A DNA stretch of 63,592 bases, filler included, from Octopus bimaculoides (taxonomy: Eukaryota), in the NCBI RefSeq assembly GCF_001194135.2. It is 6 parts of 6 records of this genome, joined end to end, with 100 filler letters (N's around TTAATTAATTAA, not from the genome) between each part and the next. Parts side by side here need not be neighbours in the genome. Positions count along the whole stretch, not along the records: positions 28,194 to 41,478 come from NC_068982.1; positions 41,579 to 43,994 come from NC_068992.1; positions 44,095 to 62,188 come from NC_069002.1; 3 more parts are not named here. One strand, written 5' to 3'. Positions 38,023 through 50,288 of this stretch are shown in pieces. The translations under genes were made by a program, and so were the position numbers. Every line of letters begins with the position of its first letter. Positions within the stretch are counted from its first letter, which is position 1. Under the pieces are notes generated by a model. The model was given only the letters and a program-made list of their open reading frames with translations, searched no databases and was not told where the DNA came from.

Positions 38023-38150
38023 CTTATTTACACAAGAATTCATTTAAATACTTGGAAAACAGTCCATCAATGAGTTTCTTTAAACATGTATGTCAATTAA
38101 AAGAAACTGATTCTGCCCCTTTCGAAATTGAATGGTCTACCTTGGCAAAA
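38023..38150 (+). CDS. Candidate coding exon, unidentified gene (YLHKNSFKYLENSPSMSFFKHVCQLKETDSAPFEIEWSTLAK)
   Basis: Acceptor 'tcctcttgcttag', strong donor 'gtaagc'; 128 nt with only one open frame. Confidence 0.55.
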
Positions 38151-38237
38151 GTAAGCCCTTACAGATGGATCCTACCACCATTCTATGAAATGTCTGTTGT
38201 ACTTAATTAAGTGAAAGATATTTTATCCTGTTTCAAG

Positions 38238-38303
38238 ATAAATCTGCACCGAGACAAAAATCTGAAATTCCGAACTGTTGTAGACATCCTTCCAAATTTC
38301 TAA
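38238..38303 (+). CDS. Candidate terminal exon (INLHRDKNLKFRTVVDILPNF*)
   Basis: Acceptor 'ttttatcctgtttcaag' after an 87-nt intron; phase 0; followed by about 1 kb of T-rich UTR-like sequence. Confidence 0.35.
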   Translation: MNLHRDKNLKFRTVVDILPNF

Positions 38304-39904
38304 TTTCAAAATTTTTGCCATTGAATGAGAGGTAATAACATTATTTACTGCTTTTGGCTTAACTTAGAATTTGCTGGACATGTTTTTACATTTTATAATA
38401 CTGTATTTTTGAATTATTTCCTTCTGACCATTGCATTCAATCTTTATGATTTTATAAATATTGTATTTTATACTTTCTTCCTTTAATATGTACTTTTATC
38501 AGTCAGGATATGTTTCACACATGCTTATTATATTGCTTATTTCATGTTATATCATATTTTATTTCATCACATTACATTCCATTATTACTCCTATCATGAA
38601 CTGATTGGATTGAATTTTTTTTTTCTACTATCCTTATGCATATATATTTCTTTTCTATGCCCTTGTATATTTAGAAATTGAAATTCATCCATTCAATTCC
38701 ATGGCTTTTCTTATGTCTGTATATTTATAGTTTGGTCTTTACCTCTTTCATACATTTAACTCTCTATCTACCCAACTTCTCTATTGTATGCTTTCTACTC
38801 ACTTCCTCCCTTGAGCTTATTTATAGCCATCCATATTAGACACATTCAGTTTTAACTACCCAGTATCCTTTAAGTTAACTTACATCACATCTGTTATTTT
38901 TCCCTGTCATTTTCCTTGGTCTTTCTTTCCTCCTTTCTCTCCTCTTTATTCTTCTCCTCACTTTTTTTTTCTTAGCTTCTAATGCATTTACAAGACTGCA
39001 ACTCCCCCACTCAGGCAGTTAGCTCATTTATATTTATTTTCAATTTTTTCATGCCTTTTGTACTTGTTTGTGATACCTGTTCACCCTTATATTAAATTTT
39101 AAGTTTAAAAAAAATTTTATTGCATACAACTGTTTTCTTTTCCTCTTAATTTCTAATAGGGTCTTTTCCATTCACTATATTTTTTATGCCTGTTTTGTAT
39201 GAGTATAGACAATTTATTTTATCCAGTTTTTAATTCGATTTTGATTTGCTTTTAATGTTTATATTCCTTCCATTAAAGTCAATCAATTTTCATTCATCAG
39301 ATCCTTGATATATATATATATATATACATATATATATACATATATATACATATATATAGACACATGTATGTATGCATGTATGTATGTTTGTATGCATGCA
39401 TGTATGTATGTATATGTGTGTGTATGTGTGTGTATACATACATACATACATACATACACACATACATACATATATACATACATACATATATACATGCATA
39501 CATATATATATTTTACTAGTCAATAAATGATAAAGAGGCACATGTATTATCTTAAATCAATACCTTTCAGTACAGTTTGCTTTTAGTAATTATCTATAAA
39601 ACTGAGTATTTATTGCCTGTTGATTTTCCACAGGTATGCTCTTCATTACACATTACCACTGTGATAGCTTAACCAAACTGGGCCCACTGGTAATATATGT
39701 AAATATATGTAAGTATATTACAACATCATCAAGTATTACAAAACTCACTGAACATAGAAGGCTGATTTTATTCTAAGTGTAATAGACAACACACACACAC
39801 ACATACACACACACACACACAAATTTACTGCTGAATCTATGACTTATAACTCAGTCATTTTTTATTTAGTGATTGACCTGGTAAATATCATTATCCTCAT
39901 CCAG

Positions 39905-40310
39905 CTCCACCAGGTTGGCTCTCGTGCCAGTGGCACATAGAAAGCACCATTCGAGCATGGTCGATGCCAGTGCTGCCTTACTGGCTCCCATGCCGGTAGC
40001 ATGTAAAAAGTACCTTTCGAGCATGGTCATTGCCAGTGCTGCCTGACTGGCTCCTGTGCTGGTGGCACTGGCAATGACCATTTGAGCATGGTCATTGCCA
40101 GTGCTGCCTGACTGGCTCCCATGCTAGTGGCACGTAAAAAATACCCACTACACTCTTGGAGTGGTTGGCGTTAGGAAGGTCATCCAGCTGTAGAAACCTT
40201 GCCAGATCAGATTGGAGCCTGGTGCAGCCTCCTGGCTTGCCAGTCTTCAGTCACACCATCCAACCCATGCCAGCATGGAAAGTGGATGTTAAACAATGAT
40301 GATGATGATA
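39905..40310 (+). mobile_element. SINE family E with internal tandem repeats
   Basis: Three to four 'gagcatggtc..tgccagtgctgcc.gactggctcc' units, then the RTE-like tail and (GAT)n. Confidence 0.88.
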
Positions 40311-40564
40311 AATTACATCTGCTTTCTATGTTGACATGGATTGAATGGATCGTTACTGCAGTCCTCTCTCATCAGTTTTATATTTGGCTTTGTGTCTACA
40401 GCTGGATGCTTTTCCTAATACCAACCACTTTACAAAATCATTTTTTCTTGACCCCTAGGCCTCATCAGGTAGGTTACCTGATTTCCTTGGTATTTCAGTG
40501 ACTGAGATCACATTTCCTCCTTCAGGACACAGGTCCATTGCAGGACTCAGCATCAGAAATTTTG

Positions 40565-40748
40565 AGGGGAGAGTACAAGTTTATTACATTGATCCCAGTA
40601 TTTGTCTGGTGCTTTATTTTATTGACCCCACTACTAAGGGATGAAAAGCAAAGTCGGCCTCAGCAGGATTTGAACTCAGAATGTAAAGAGCCAGAATAAT
40701 TTCTGCTAAGCATTTTGTCTGATGTGCTAACAATTCTTCCAGCTCACC
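40565..40748 (-). mobile_element. SINE family C (MetaSINE-like core)
   Basis: Reverse complement of 'gttcaaatcc...gactttgcttttcatccc...aaaataaagcaccag'. Confidence 0.75.
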
Positions 40749-41355
40749 AACTTTACCAAGAGTATTGGGAACACTTATGTTCTGTGACACCTGCACTAGA
40801 AAAGTTGTTATGATTTGTAAAAGACGGAAGGCTTCCTCTTAACTCCATACTAACAGAATGTACTGGATGCAGTTTATTGGGAATCCAGTTAGAGAAGAGA
40901 TAGGCATGAGAGAGTAATGAATAGTAAGAGGTGGAAACATTATGAGAATGAATGATAAATGTTGATACCAAATGACTAAGGTGGATGGGTGGGTGCAACA
41001 GGTGAAAAATATAGGGTCTATGCAGATCTATGAGAACCCCTAAGTATATACCTCAAGAACATGGAAGAACTAGGATGATAAAGATAAGAGAGTGTTGGTT
41101 AGAGGATCAGATAGATCCCATGGCACCTCTTGTTAATCGGGAAACAAATAATAAGTCCTGGGGTTGGTTCGTTTGACTAAAGGCGGTGCTCCAGCATGGC
41201 TGCAGTCAAATGTCTGAAACAAGTAAAAGAATATATATATATATATATATACCGGAGTAAGCACATGAAATGTGCAACAAGGTGGAAAAAAAGAGTACTC
41301 AAATACCAGAGGTAGAGTAATATGCTTTATTTAAAAGCAGCAGAAATATAACAAA

Positions 41356-41398
41356 AAAACCATTACTCTGAGTTTCACGTTCCCGTTCATCGGACAGT
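41356..41398 (-). ncRNA. Type I hammerhead motif (U4C variant), left arm of palindrome
   Basis: Minus strand actgt-CCGATGA-ACG-ggaa-CGT-GAA-ACTCAGAGT-A-atggtttt. Confidence 0.65.
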
Positions 41399-41403
41399 CT
41401 AAC

Positions 41404-41449
41404 AAAACTGTCCGATGAACGGGAACGTGAAACTCAGAGTAACGGTTTT
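41404..41449 (+). ncRNA. Type I hammerhead motif (U4C variant), right arm of palindrome
   Basis: aaaactgt-CCGATGA-ACG-ggaa-CGT-GAA-ACTCAGAGT-A-acggtttt; 8-bp stem I, GNRA-capped stem II, near-palindromic stem III, GUA triplet. Confidence 0.72.
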
Positions 41450-41579
41450 TTTGTTATATTTCTGCTGCTTTTAAATAANNNNNNNNNNNNNNNNNNNNNN
41501 NNNNNNNNNNNNNNNNNNNNNNTTAATTAATTAANNNNNNNNNNNNNNNNNNNNNNNNNNNNNNNNNNNNNNNNNNNNC

Positions 41580-41842
41580 AGGGACGTAAATACACCAACA
41601 TCGGTCGTCAAGCGATGGTAGGGGACAACACACACACACACACACATACACAGCCCCCACCCCCCGCCGCACAAGTATATATACGACGGATTTGTCTCAG
41701 TTTCTGTCTACCAAATTCATTCACAAGGCTTTGGTCGGGCCGAGGATATAGTAGACGACACTCGCCCAAGGTGCCACGCAGATGGCCTGAATCCGGAACC
41801 ATGAGTTTGGGAAGCGAGCTTCTTACCACACAGCCATGCCTA
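41580..41842 (-). mobile_element. SINE family A
   Basis: Reverse complement of head and core; the 3' end is in a gap. Confidence 0.85.
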
Positions 41843-41864
41843 CATACACACGCGCGCGCATACA

Positions 41865-41903
<39 letters not shown>

Positions 41904-42459
41904 ACACACATTATATGTATATAACTTGGAGAGAATTAGAGAAGTATAATGTATTGCTGTAGGTGGCCAGAGGCACACTCTATTGAGAGAGTATTTGGAG
42001 GTGTTAGATCGACCCTCAATATCTCCCGTAGTCATATTCCTTATAGAAAATATGGGGAGAAAACATTAGAACAGAGACAGTGTATGAATAGATGCGTGTA
42101 ATGTTGAAGTCTAGAGTTGAACTATAAATCTTTGAATCGACAAAATCAGAGAAGAAAGGCAGGCAGGGGTGTTGCGACTGAAGCATAAATAGTTAAGGAC
42201 ATAGCTATTTCAGAACTGTCCGTTGTGTCGGCTGCTTTTATTGTATTTTTAGCTCCTGATCAGTCTGATAAAATAACAGAAGAAGGATAAGTCTGTCGAT
42301 TTATTCAGGTAACCATAGCGAATTGAAGATAGAAAGAAGGCATTTGTGAGAGACATTCTCAAGTAAGAAAACTGATAAAGAAGAACAAAGGACAGGAGAG
42401 AAAAGTAGAGGAGGAAAGACTGTAAGATAAACACCAATGACAGCAAAAATATAAATATA

Positions 42460-42810
42460 AGCGCAGGTGTGGCTGTGTGGTATGATGCTTGTTTACCAAC
42501 CACATGGTTCCGGGTTCAGTCCCACTGCGTGGCACCATGGGCAAGTATCTTCTGCTATAGCCTCGGGCCGACTAAAGCCTTGTGAGTAGATTTGGTAGAT
42601 GGAAACTGAAAGAAGCCCGTATCTATGTATATATGTATGTGTATGTTTGTGTGTCTTTGTCCCACTATCATTGCTTGACAACCGATATTGGTGTGTTTAT
42701 GTCCCCGAAACTTAGCGGTTCGGCAAAAGAGCCTAATAGGAAAAGTACTAGGCTTACAAAGTCCTGGAGTCGATTTCTTCGACTAATTGCAGTCAAACAA
42801 ATTAAAGAAT
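42460..42810 (+). mobile_element. SINE family A
   Basis: Head 'gcgcaggtgtggctgtgtgg', 'gggttcagtcccactgcgtggcacc'. Confidence 0.9.
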
Positions 42811-43324
42811 ATATATAATTAGTAAGAACAAGGAGGCCACGAACTGGCAGGATCATTATCGGACAAAATGCATCGTGACATTTTTCCCGTTGTTTACATT
42901 CTTAATTCTCCGAGGTAGCGTTTGACTTTCATTCTTTTGGGGTCGATAAAATAAGTACCAGTTGAACACTGGGGTCGATGTTATAGACTAGCCCCAACCC
43001 TTCTTTTAAAACTTGCTCAATGTTTAGCGGTATTTCGTCCGTCTTTACGTTCTGAGTTCAAATTCCGCCGAGTACCAGCTAAGCCTTGTGCGAAAATTTG
43101 AAAGCATTAATAGCAATAACAATAATAAGAGGAACATCACGTGATATCGTTGACGAAAAAAAAACCCCCAGAAAGAATTGGCAACCGTGTTTCAGTAAGG
43201 GTCATTCCACCAGAGACAATTGAATGATTAAGTAAATAAATATAAAAACAAACAACATAAAAATTATATGGGGTACCAGAAAAATAATTAAAAAAATTAG
43301 GTTTTATGAAACAGCACAAATACA

Positions 43325-43404
<80 letters not shown>

Positions 43405-44558
43405 TTAAGGGAAAGCTAGAGAGATCCAAAAGAATAAATTTAGAAAACCTTGTTAGAATCTTGTAAGAATTTTCTTCTAAACAGCTGAATCAACAAAATG
43501 GCAGGCTTGAAGCTTTCTATCGCAAAATGGCCAACATATTGTGTGTGTGCGCGCGTGAGCGTGTGTATGCGTGTGTGTGTGCGTGTGCGTGTGTGTGTGT
43601 GTGTGTAGGTGTGTTTTATATCTTTGGGTGGATGTGTACTGGTGTAAATGTTCGGTTAGAGTAGTAGCGTGTGTGTATGTGTGTATGTGCGCGTATGTGT
43701 ATGTGTGTATGTGCGCGTGTGTGTATGTGTGTGTGTGCGCGCGCGCTTTGTCTGTGTGTATGTGTGTAAATGAATGATTTATATATCTGTGTGTTTATAA
43801 ATGCAATTATAAATGAATGTGTCCGCATACACACCGCACATAGTTCTCACTATAAACATGCAGGCACTTAAATATATAAACATTTTGATTCACACGCACA
43901 GACGCAGCTACCATATATATATATATATATGTATGTATGTATATGTATGTATATGTATGTAAATGTATGTATATATATATATATATATATATATNNNNNN
44001 NNNNNNNNNNNNNNNNNNNNNNNNNNNNNNNNNNNNNNTTAATTAATTAANNNNNNNNNNNNNNNNNNNNNNNNNNNNNNNNNNNNNNNNNNNNTACATA
44101 TATATATATATATATAACATTTTGTTAACTTTTTTATTTTGGTTTGTTTGTTAAGAAAAACTACACTTATACTACTATATAATCTTTTTTTGTGTGTTTT
44201 GTTCTCTTTTTCATTTAGTTTAATATTTTCTTAGTTCACTTTTAATGGTTTCAGAATCTTTTAGAAAACATCTTTAGACTAATTCTTTTTCCGTTCTATT
44301 TTTTTTTTTCTAGTGATAAAATCTGGAAATATGACACGTCTTCAATAAAGAATTAAAATCTACAACAATATAAGCTACTAGAAATGGAGATAATTTTTCG
44401 TAAGAAAGCGATACTATGAATGAAAAAGCGATTTATTTTATCCCCCACAGAGGGTGGAAAATATTGAAAGTCATCCCTGAGTGGAATCAATTTACATTCA
44501 GAGCTTAGAGAACCAAGCTGTCTATACTATGGAAATTGTAATCAAAATTTTACAGTTC

Positions 44559-44621
<63 letters not shown>

Positions 44622-44687
44622 CCTGTTTATCTATCTATCTAGCTATCTGTCTGTCTGTCTATCTGTCTAATATTTATCGGCCCCAAA

Positions 44688-44897
44688 GGCGGCGTGCTGG
44701 TAGAATCGTTACCACGCCGAGCAAAATGCTTAACCATATTTCGTCCGTGTTTTCGTTCTAAGTTCAAATTCCGCCGGTGTTGACTTTGCCTTTCATCCTT
44801 TCGGGCTCGATAAAATAAGTACTAGATGAGCACTGGCGTCAGTGGACTCGACTTACTGCTCCCCACAAATGGCTGACCCTGTGCCAAAATTTGAAAC
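44688..44897 (+). mobile_element. SINE family C (tRNA head and MetaSINE-like core), full length
   Basis: 'ggcggcgtgctggtagaatcgtta', 'gttcaaattcc', core 'gactttgcctttcatcctttcgggctcgataaaataagtact'. The Meta-domain label is from memory. Confidence 0.85.
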
Positions 44898-45870
44898 TGA
44901 TATTTATCGACCCCAGTTTATGACAAAAGTGAGACAGCATACTTATTTATTTATTTGGTGACAAGATGGGATTTGATCTCAGAATGCACTGAACCAAAAT
45001 AGATATACAAGAAATGGATCCAATACAATGCTGGAGCATTTCCACCGATCAACTGCTCTCGACAGCAGTAATGCTTTAAAAATCGAATCTTAAAGAAATG
45101 AAAGGCAAAGATTACCTCGACTGTGTTCGAACTGAGAGCGCTGGGAAAAATAGCGGATGGCATTTTTTTTTAATGATCGGAATATTCTACCAACTCGCAA
45201 CCTTAGACCAGAAGTAATTTACTCGTAAAACGGTGAAAGTAAAAATGTTTTTTTAAATGGATTTTGCATACGAGAAAGAAATATTTTTTCCAGATCTTCA
45301 GTCATGTGCCAGCGACAGTCATGTGTCAGTCTCACTCATGTGTATTTAATCATTAAACGAAGAGGCGCTTTTATTGCTTAATACTTGTAATGATATTTTT
45401 ACCGAATAATTTTTCATTTTATTTTGTTACATAAATGTGACGTTATTCCAATTTTTTTTTGTTAGAATATTAACAGTTGACGTCTTTTTCTTTGAAAGGT
45501 TACGAGAGCAAAACTATATTTTATATACAAATTTATGTCAACTGAAGTGTGAAAAATTCAGAGAGTAATATATATANNNNNNNNNNNNNNNNNNNNNNNN
45601 NNNNNNNNNNNNNNNNNNNNNNNNNNNNNNNNNNNNNNNNNNNNNNNNNNNNNNNNNNNNNNNNNNNNNNNNNNNNNNNNNNNNNNNNNNNNNNNNNNNT
45701 TTATATTTCATATATAAAATAAATATAAACGATAAATAATGTAGTACTAATATTACTTTCAGCCAGGGTATAAAAAGAATTTGTTTTTTTCATATTTTCA
45801 ACCGTTCATAACATTTTAAACCTGAGAATCAATTGATTATAAATTGATAAAATATATTATATTAACACTT

Positions 45871-45918
<48 letters not shown>

Positions 45919-46879
45919 GTGTGTGTTATTTAAAAAAAATTATTATAAATATTTTATTATGAATAAATATCAGAAACTTACAAAGTAAGATGCGTGCAGA
46001 ACTGAGGATGTGTGAGGTAATTCACAAGGTTACACAAAGTAATTCATGTGGGTGAGGTAAAGATTAATGTCTGCAATGATATCTAAATTATTTTAAAAAA
46101 ATAAAATTACAAAGCTACAAGTCTTGAAAAATATTCTAATCATTTGCTTATTTATTTCATTTTAAAAACGTAAAAAAACTTTTAATGTTCATTTTTCTTT
46201 TTGGCAAAATATAAACGAAGTTTTTGACGATTTACTTTGCAACTACAAAAAACAAACATTAGATGTAAACTGAATGCCTGTGCCTCGTGTTCAAATACAA
46301 CCGAAGGGTAATCTGTCGCGTATCCTTTCTGGGTCAATAAATGAAGTAACAGTGGTGGTGGTACTGGTGTTGGTCGATATTCTCCACCATTTCTCTCAGA
46401 GAGATCAACTGTGGATCGACCTGAAAAGTAACAGTCTCTGACAGTTAAATCCAATGACACTCTTTATGTTATGACGGTAGCACCTATGACTTAATCGACG
46501 AAGAGAAATTAAGATATATTTCAATTTAGCTTATTTTCACATATATTTGAATTATGTTTTAAACTATTACTGCAAGTAAATCCTAACTTAAAACAAATAT
46601 TATATAATTACGAGTATTTAAACTTATAGAATTGAACGTGATAAACAGGTTTTATTTTGATTATTATATTCTTTCAGGTACATTTTATTAAATTAATTTG
46701 ATATAAACATCTTCATACAGAACAAATTCAAATTGTGCAATAAAAGCACTTCTATAATGTACACATTACCATTAATGATTGTCTCTCATGAGATGAAGGC
46801 GGTTCTGTAATATCGTGCTGAACGACCTGCAGAAATGATTTATATTGATGGAATATATTTGCTCCCTCCATTAAATTGA

Positions 46880-47043
46880 CGTTGCCTGAACAGGTGCACA
46901 CTGTACCACGCGTTAGGTGTCGTAGTGATGACAGAGTAACACAAGGTCAAGTATTTTGCTCAAGAAAACAAGGTACCGCTCGGTATAGAAATTGAAACCA
47001 CGATATCACAATCATGAGCGCAACTCCTTAACCACTAGGCCAG
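46880..47043 (-). mobile_element. SINE family D, decayed
   Basis: 'aagtattttgctcaagaaaacaa', 'ccttaaccactaggcc'. Confidence 0.65.
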
Positions 47044-48234
47044 GCAGGCTCACTGAGCGTTACCGATGCCACATACCTAAAATACGTGTATTATTTAAAT
47101 GCCAGAAATTATAGTTTATTGTCCGGGAAAATACTTTTAAAAGACATACTGTTAAAAAGAACATTGAATTCTCCACAGCTAGGCGTGACCAAATCGTCCC
47201 AAAAGTGTTCACGAGAACGGCAGGTACGTATTTCACAGTGTGTTGTAGTTTTTTTTAAAACCTTTTACCATTATATTTTCCTGGGCGGTAAACTGCAGCT
47301 TCTCACGCTTAAACAACACACATGAGTTAAGTATTCGCTATCGGTAAACTTTATACGGGATATCACTGTTTATCTCACAGCAGAATGACTTTAAAAATTT
47401 TAGTTCTCAAGATTGATGTACGATTATTCTAGGAAAAAATGAAAACGTTAGGCATTGTACAGATCTCTATACTGTGATTTTAGGATATCTGACTGATATT
47501 TTGAATTATAGCATTTTTATTTACTTTGTTCAAGGTAAAGGTGATGATGTTAACAATGTGAATAAATGCAAGCAACCTTCGAAAGGCAACAATGAAATAA
47601 ACCATCTTCCTTTCGTAACTCTGGAACAACTAATTAATTTTAGGTTGAATGGAAATCTAAAAACAGAAATTCATTAGATTTCTTCAAACAATTGGTGTAA
47701 TAAATCAAAAATAAATATCCTGAGTTGTCTAGCTGTAGCAAACGAAACACTTATGGGAAATCGAAAATCGATCCATAATAATTCTTATAAATTTCTTCAT
47801 AATTCTCCTTGTTCTTTTAGAAACAACATATAAAATCAGTTGAATCTGGTAGACAGTATCCAAGTTGCTCTGACATTTCAAATTTTCTGATTTTGATGCC
47901 GTTACAAAAAGAAACAAAAGAAAGAAAGAAAATGAAGCAACATTTATATTATTTTTCATAAAGTTGATGAAATCTTTTGAATGAAATTATTCAGTTCTTT
48001 TACTTTTCTTTGTATACTATTCTTACATCTGGCTTTTCATTCTTTATATGAACTGATCCAATAAACAACTTTTGAATGTGATTCTCTATATATACAACAT
48101 GAATCTATTTTAAGAGCCAATGACATGATTTTGTTACTTTTGAAGAAGCCTGGAAGTGATTTTGTTTCACTTGAATCGATCAGACTTTTGGATATTATCA
48201 CGAAAAGATACCCAGCAATCATTTTACACGGTCT

Positions 48235-48562
48235 ACTTATCTGCTAGAAATAATTTCCTTTAGTCGAACAAATCGACTTCAGGACTTATTCTTTGTAAGT
48301 CTAGTACTTATGGGATCGGTCTCTTTTGCCGAACCGCTACGTTACGAAGGACATAAACATACCAGCATTGGTTGTCAAACGATGGTGGGGAGGACAAACA
48401 CAAACACAAAAATATATACGACGGGCTTCTTTCAGTTTCCGTCCACCAAATCCACTCACAAGGCTATAGTAGAAGACACTTGCCCAAGGTGCCACGCAGT
48501 GATTGAACCCGGAACTATGTGGTTGGGAAGCAGGCTTCTTACCACACAGCCTATCCTGCGCC
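48235..48562 (-). mobile_element. SINE family A
   Basis: Reverse complement of tail, core and head. Confidence 0.88.
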
Positions 48563-49072
48563 TATATAGCCACTCCTGCGCCTTTATTGGGTACTTTATA
48601 CTATTTATTTATCTATCTACAGATTTCTAACAATTTTACAAGAGAACTGGTCTTTAGCAACAGCTAAAGCGCCCTCTTGTGGATGAGGAGAAATTTTGAA
48701 AAGTTGTGACACTAAAGAATTTCTCAAGGGCAGAAGCTGTGATATTTATATTATAACAAGGAAATTACTACATGCTAGTAGCTGATTGGATTAATTTTAT
48801 AGTAATTTTGAAACAATTAGATTAGATTAGATTATTTCATAATTATAATCTACATAAGTAAATATATTCAACCACTTAATTATTTTCCAACATGATTATA
48901 ATTAAAGGCTTAATAAGATTACTAAAGTGTTCAAGACTACAATGTCATTTTTACCAATTTATTATAAATCAATTATGATTTATTATTATTATTGTTATTA
49001 CAAATTTAGGTATTTAATTAAACTTTCTCACATAAATATCTTGCATGCCCTTATTCTTTGCAGTGCATATAC

Positions 49073-49150
<78 letters not shown>
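49073..49150. repeat. (CT)n microsatellite
   Basis: Seen directly. Confidence 0.98.
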
Positions 49151-49154
<4 letters not shown>

Positions 49155-49669
49155 GTATATATATATATATATGTATTTATGTACATATATACATATACAT
49201 GCGTACATATGTACATACGTACATACGTATATATGTACATATACATACATACATATATACATATATGTGTGTGTGGGTGTGTTCATTTACATTTATATCT
49301 ATCTATCTATATATTTATATGAATAATTAAATACATATATGGATATACGTATATAATCTATAGCCTATCTAACCTGATTAGTAATTAATTAATTATCTAA
49401 TTAAACGGTAAATAACTTCACGTTATCCACGTCTTTCCGTAAGACATTATTCATACACGTGAAAGATAATAGATAGAATAGAGAAATCAAAACTTCACAC
49501 TATTTCATTACAAATTCAGCGCCTGTTTACATTAATGCTATATTACATGTAATATAATTAAAATTATAATAATAAATGCCCTGATGCAATGGTTCTCATG
49601 GCTTCTGATTTTAACTGATTGGAAGTGTTAACATGTACATATTTTGTCTTGGTATAAAAAATGGGTTAC

Positions 49670-49725
49670 AACAAGCAGGTGACGCTCAGGATGAATGGAA
49701 AAGTATTTGACGTTTCAAGCCTATC
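49670..49725 (-). mobile_element. Truncated fragment of the hammerhead-bearing pLTR family of 23938/33965
   Basis: Minus strand 'gagataggcttgaaacgtcaaatacttttccattcatcctgagcgtc'; the CUGANGA half is missing. Confidence 0.55.
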
Positions 49726-50255
49726 TCAGCTTGGATCATATATCTCTTATGCCTTATATCTTCTGCTTTCCCCTATTGCCAAAAATGGGACTTTGTCAGT
49801 TACTGTTTCTATCGTATTGTGCCACGATGTTATGTCCTGAACTTGCAATTATATATGCAAGAATAATCTTATGATAGCCAGGGATGTTATATACCACCGT
49901 AACCCTACACTTTGCCATCCCAAACGCTTCGACCGCTGTTGATGGGCGTAACCTCTGAGACATGACGTAGAGCGCTACTGGAGCGAGCTTTTTAACCAGT
50001 TCCACAAGTGTGATTTTGCTAATATTCGAAGTCGATGTCTCTATTCCATTCTTTCTGGTTTTATACGTACGTACATAAACTCAGTCCCCGCCACACACAT
50101 ACACACAACCACACTCATGTATAGAAGCTGTACACGCATATGAATGAAAACTTGTATACATACACGCGCATACATAGATGCATACATAGATGCATACATA
50201 GATACATACATACACACATAAATACATACATACATATATACATACTATTATATAT

Positions 50256-50288
<33 letters not shown>

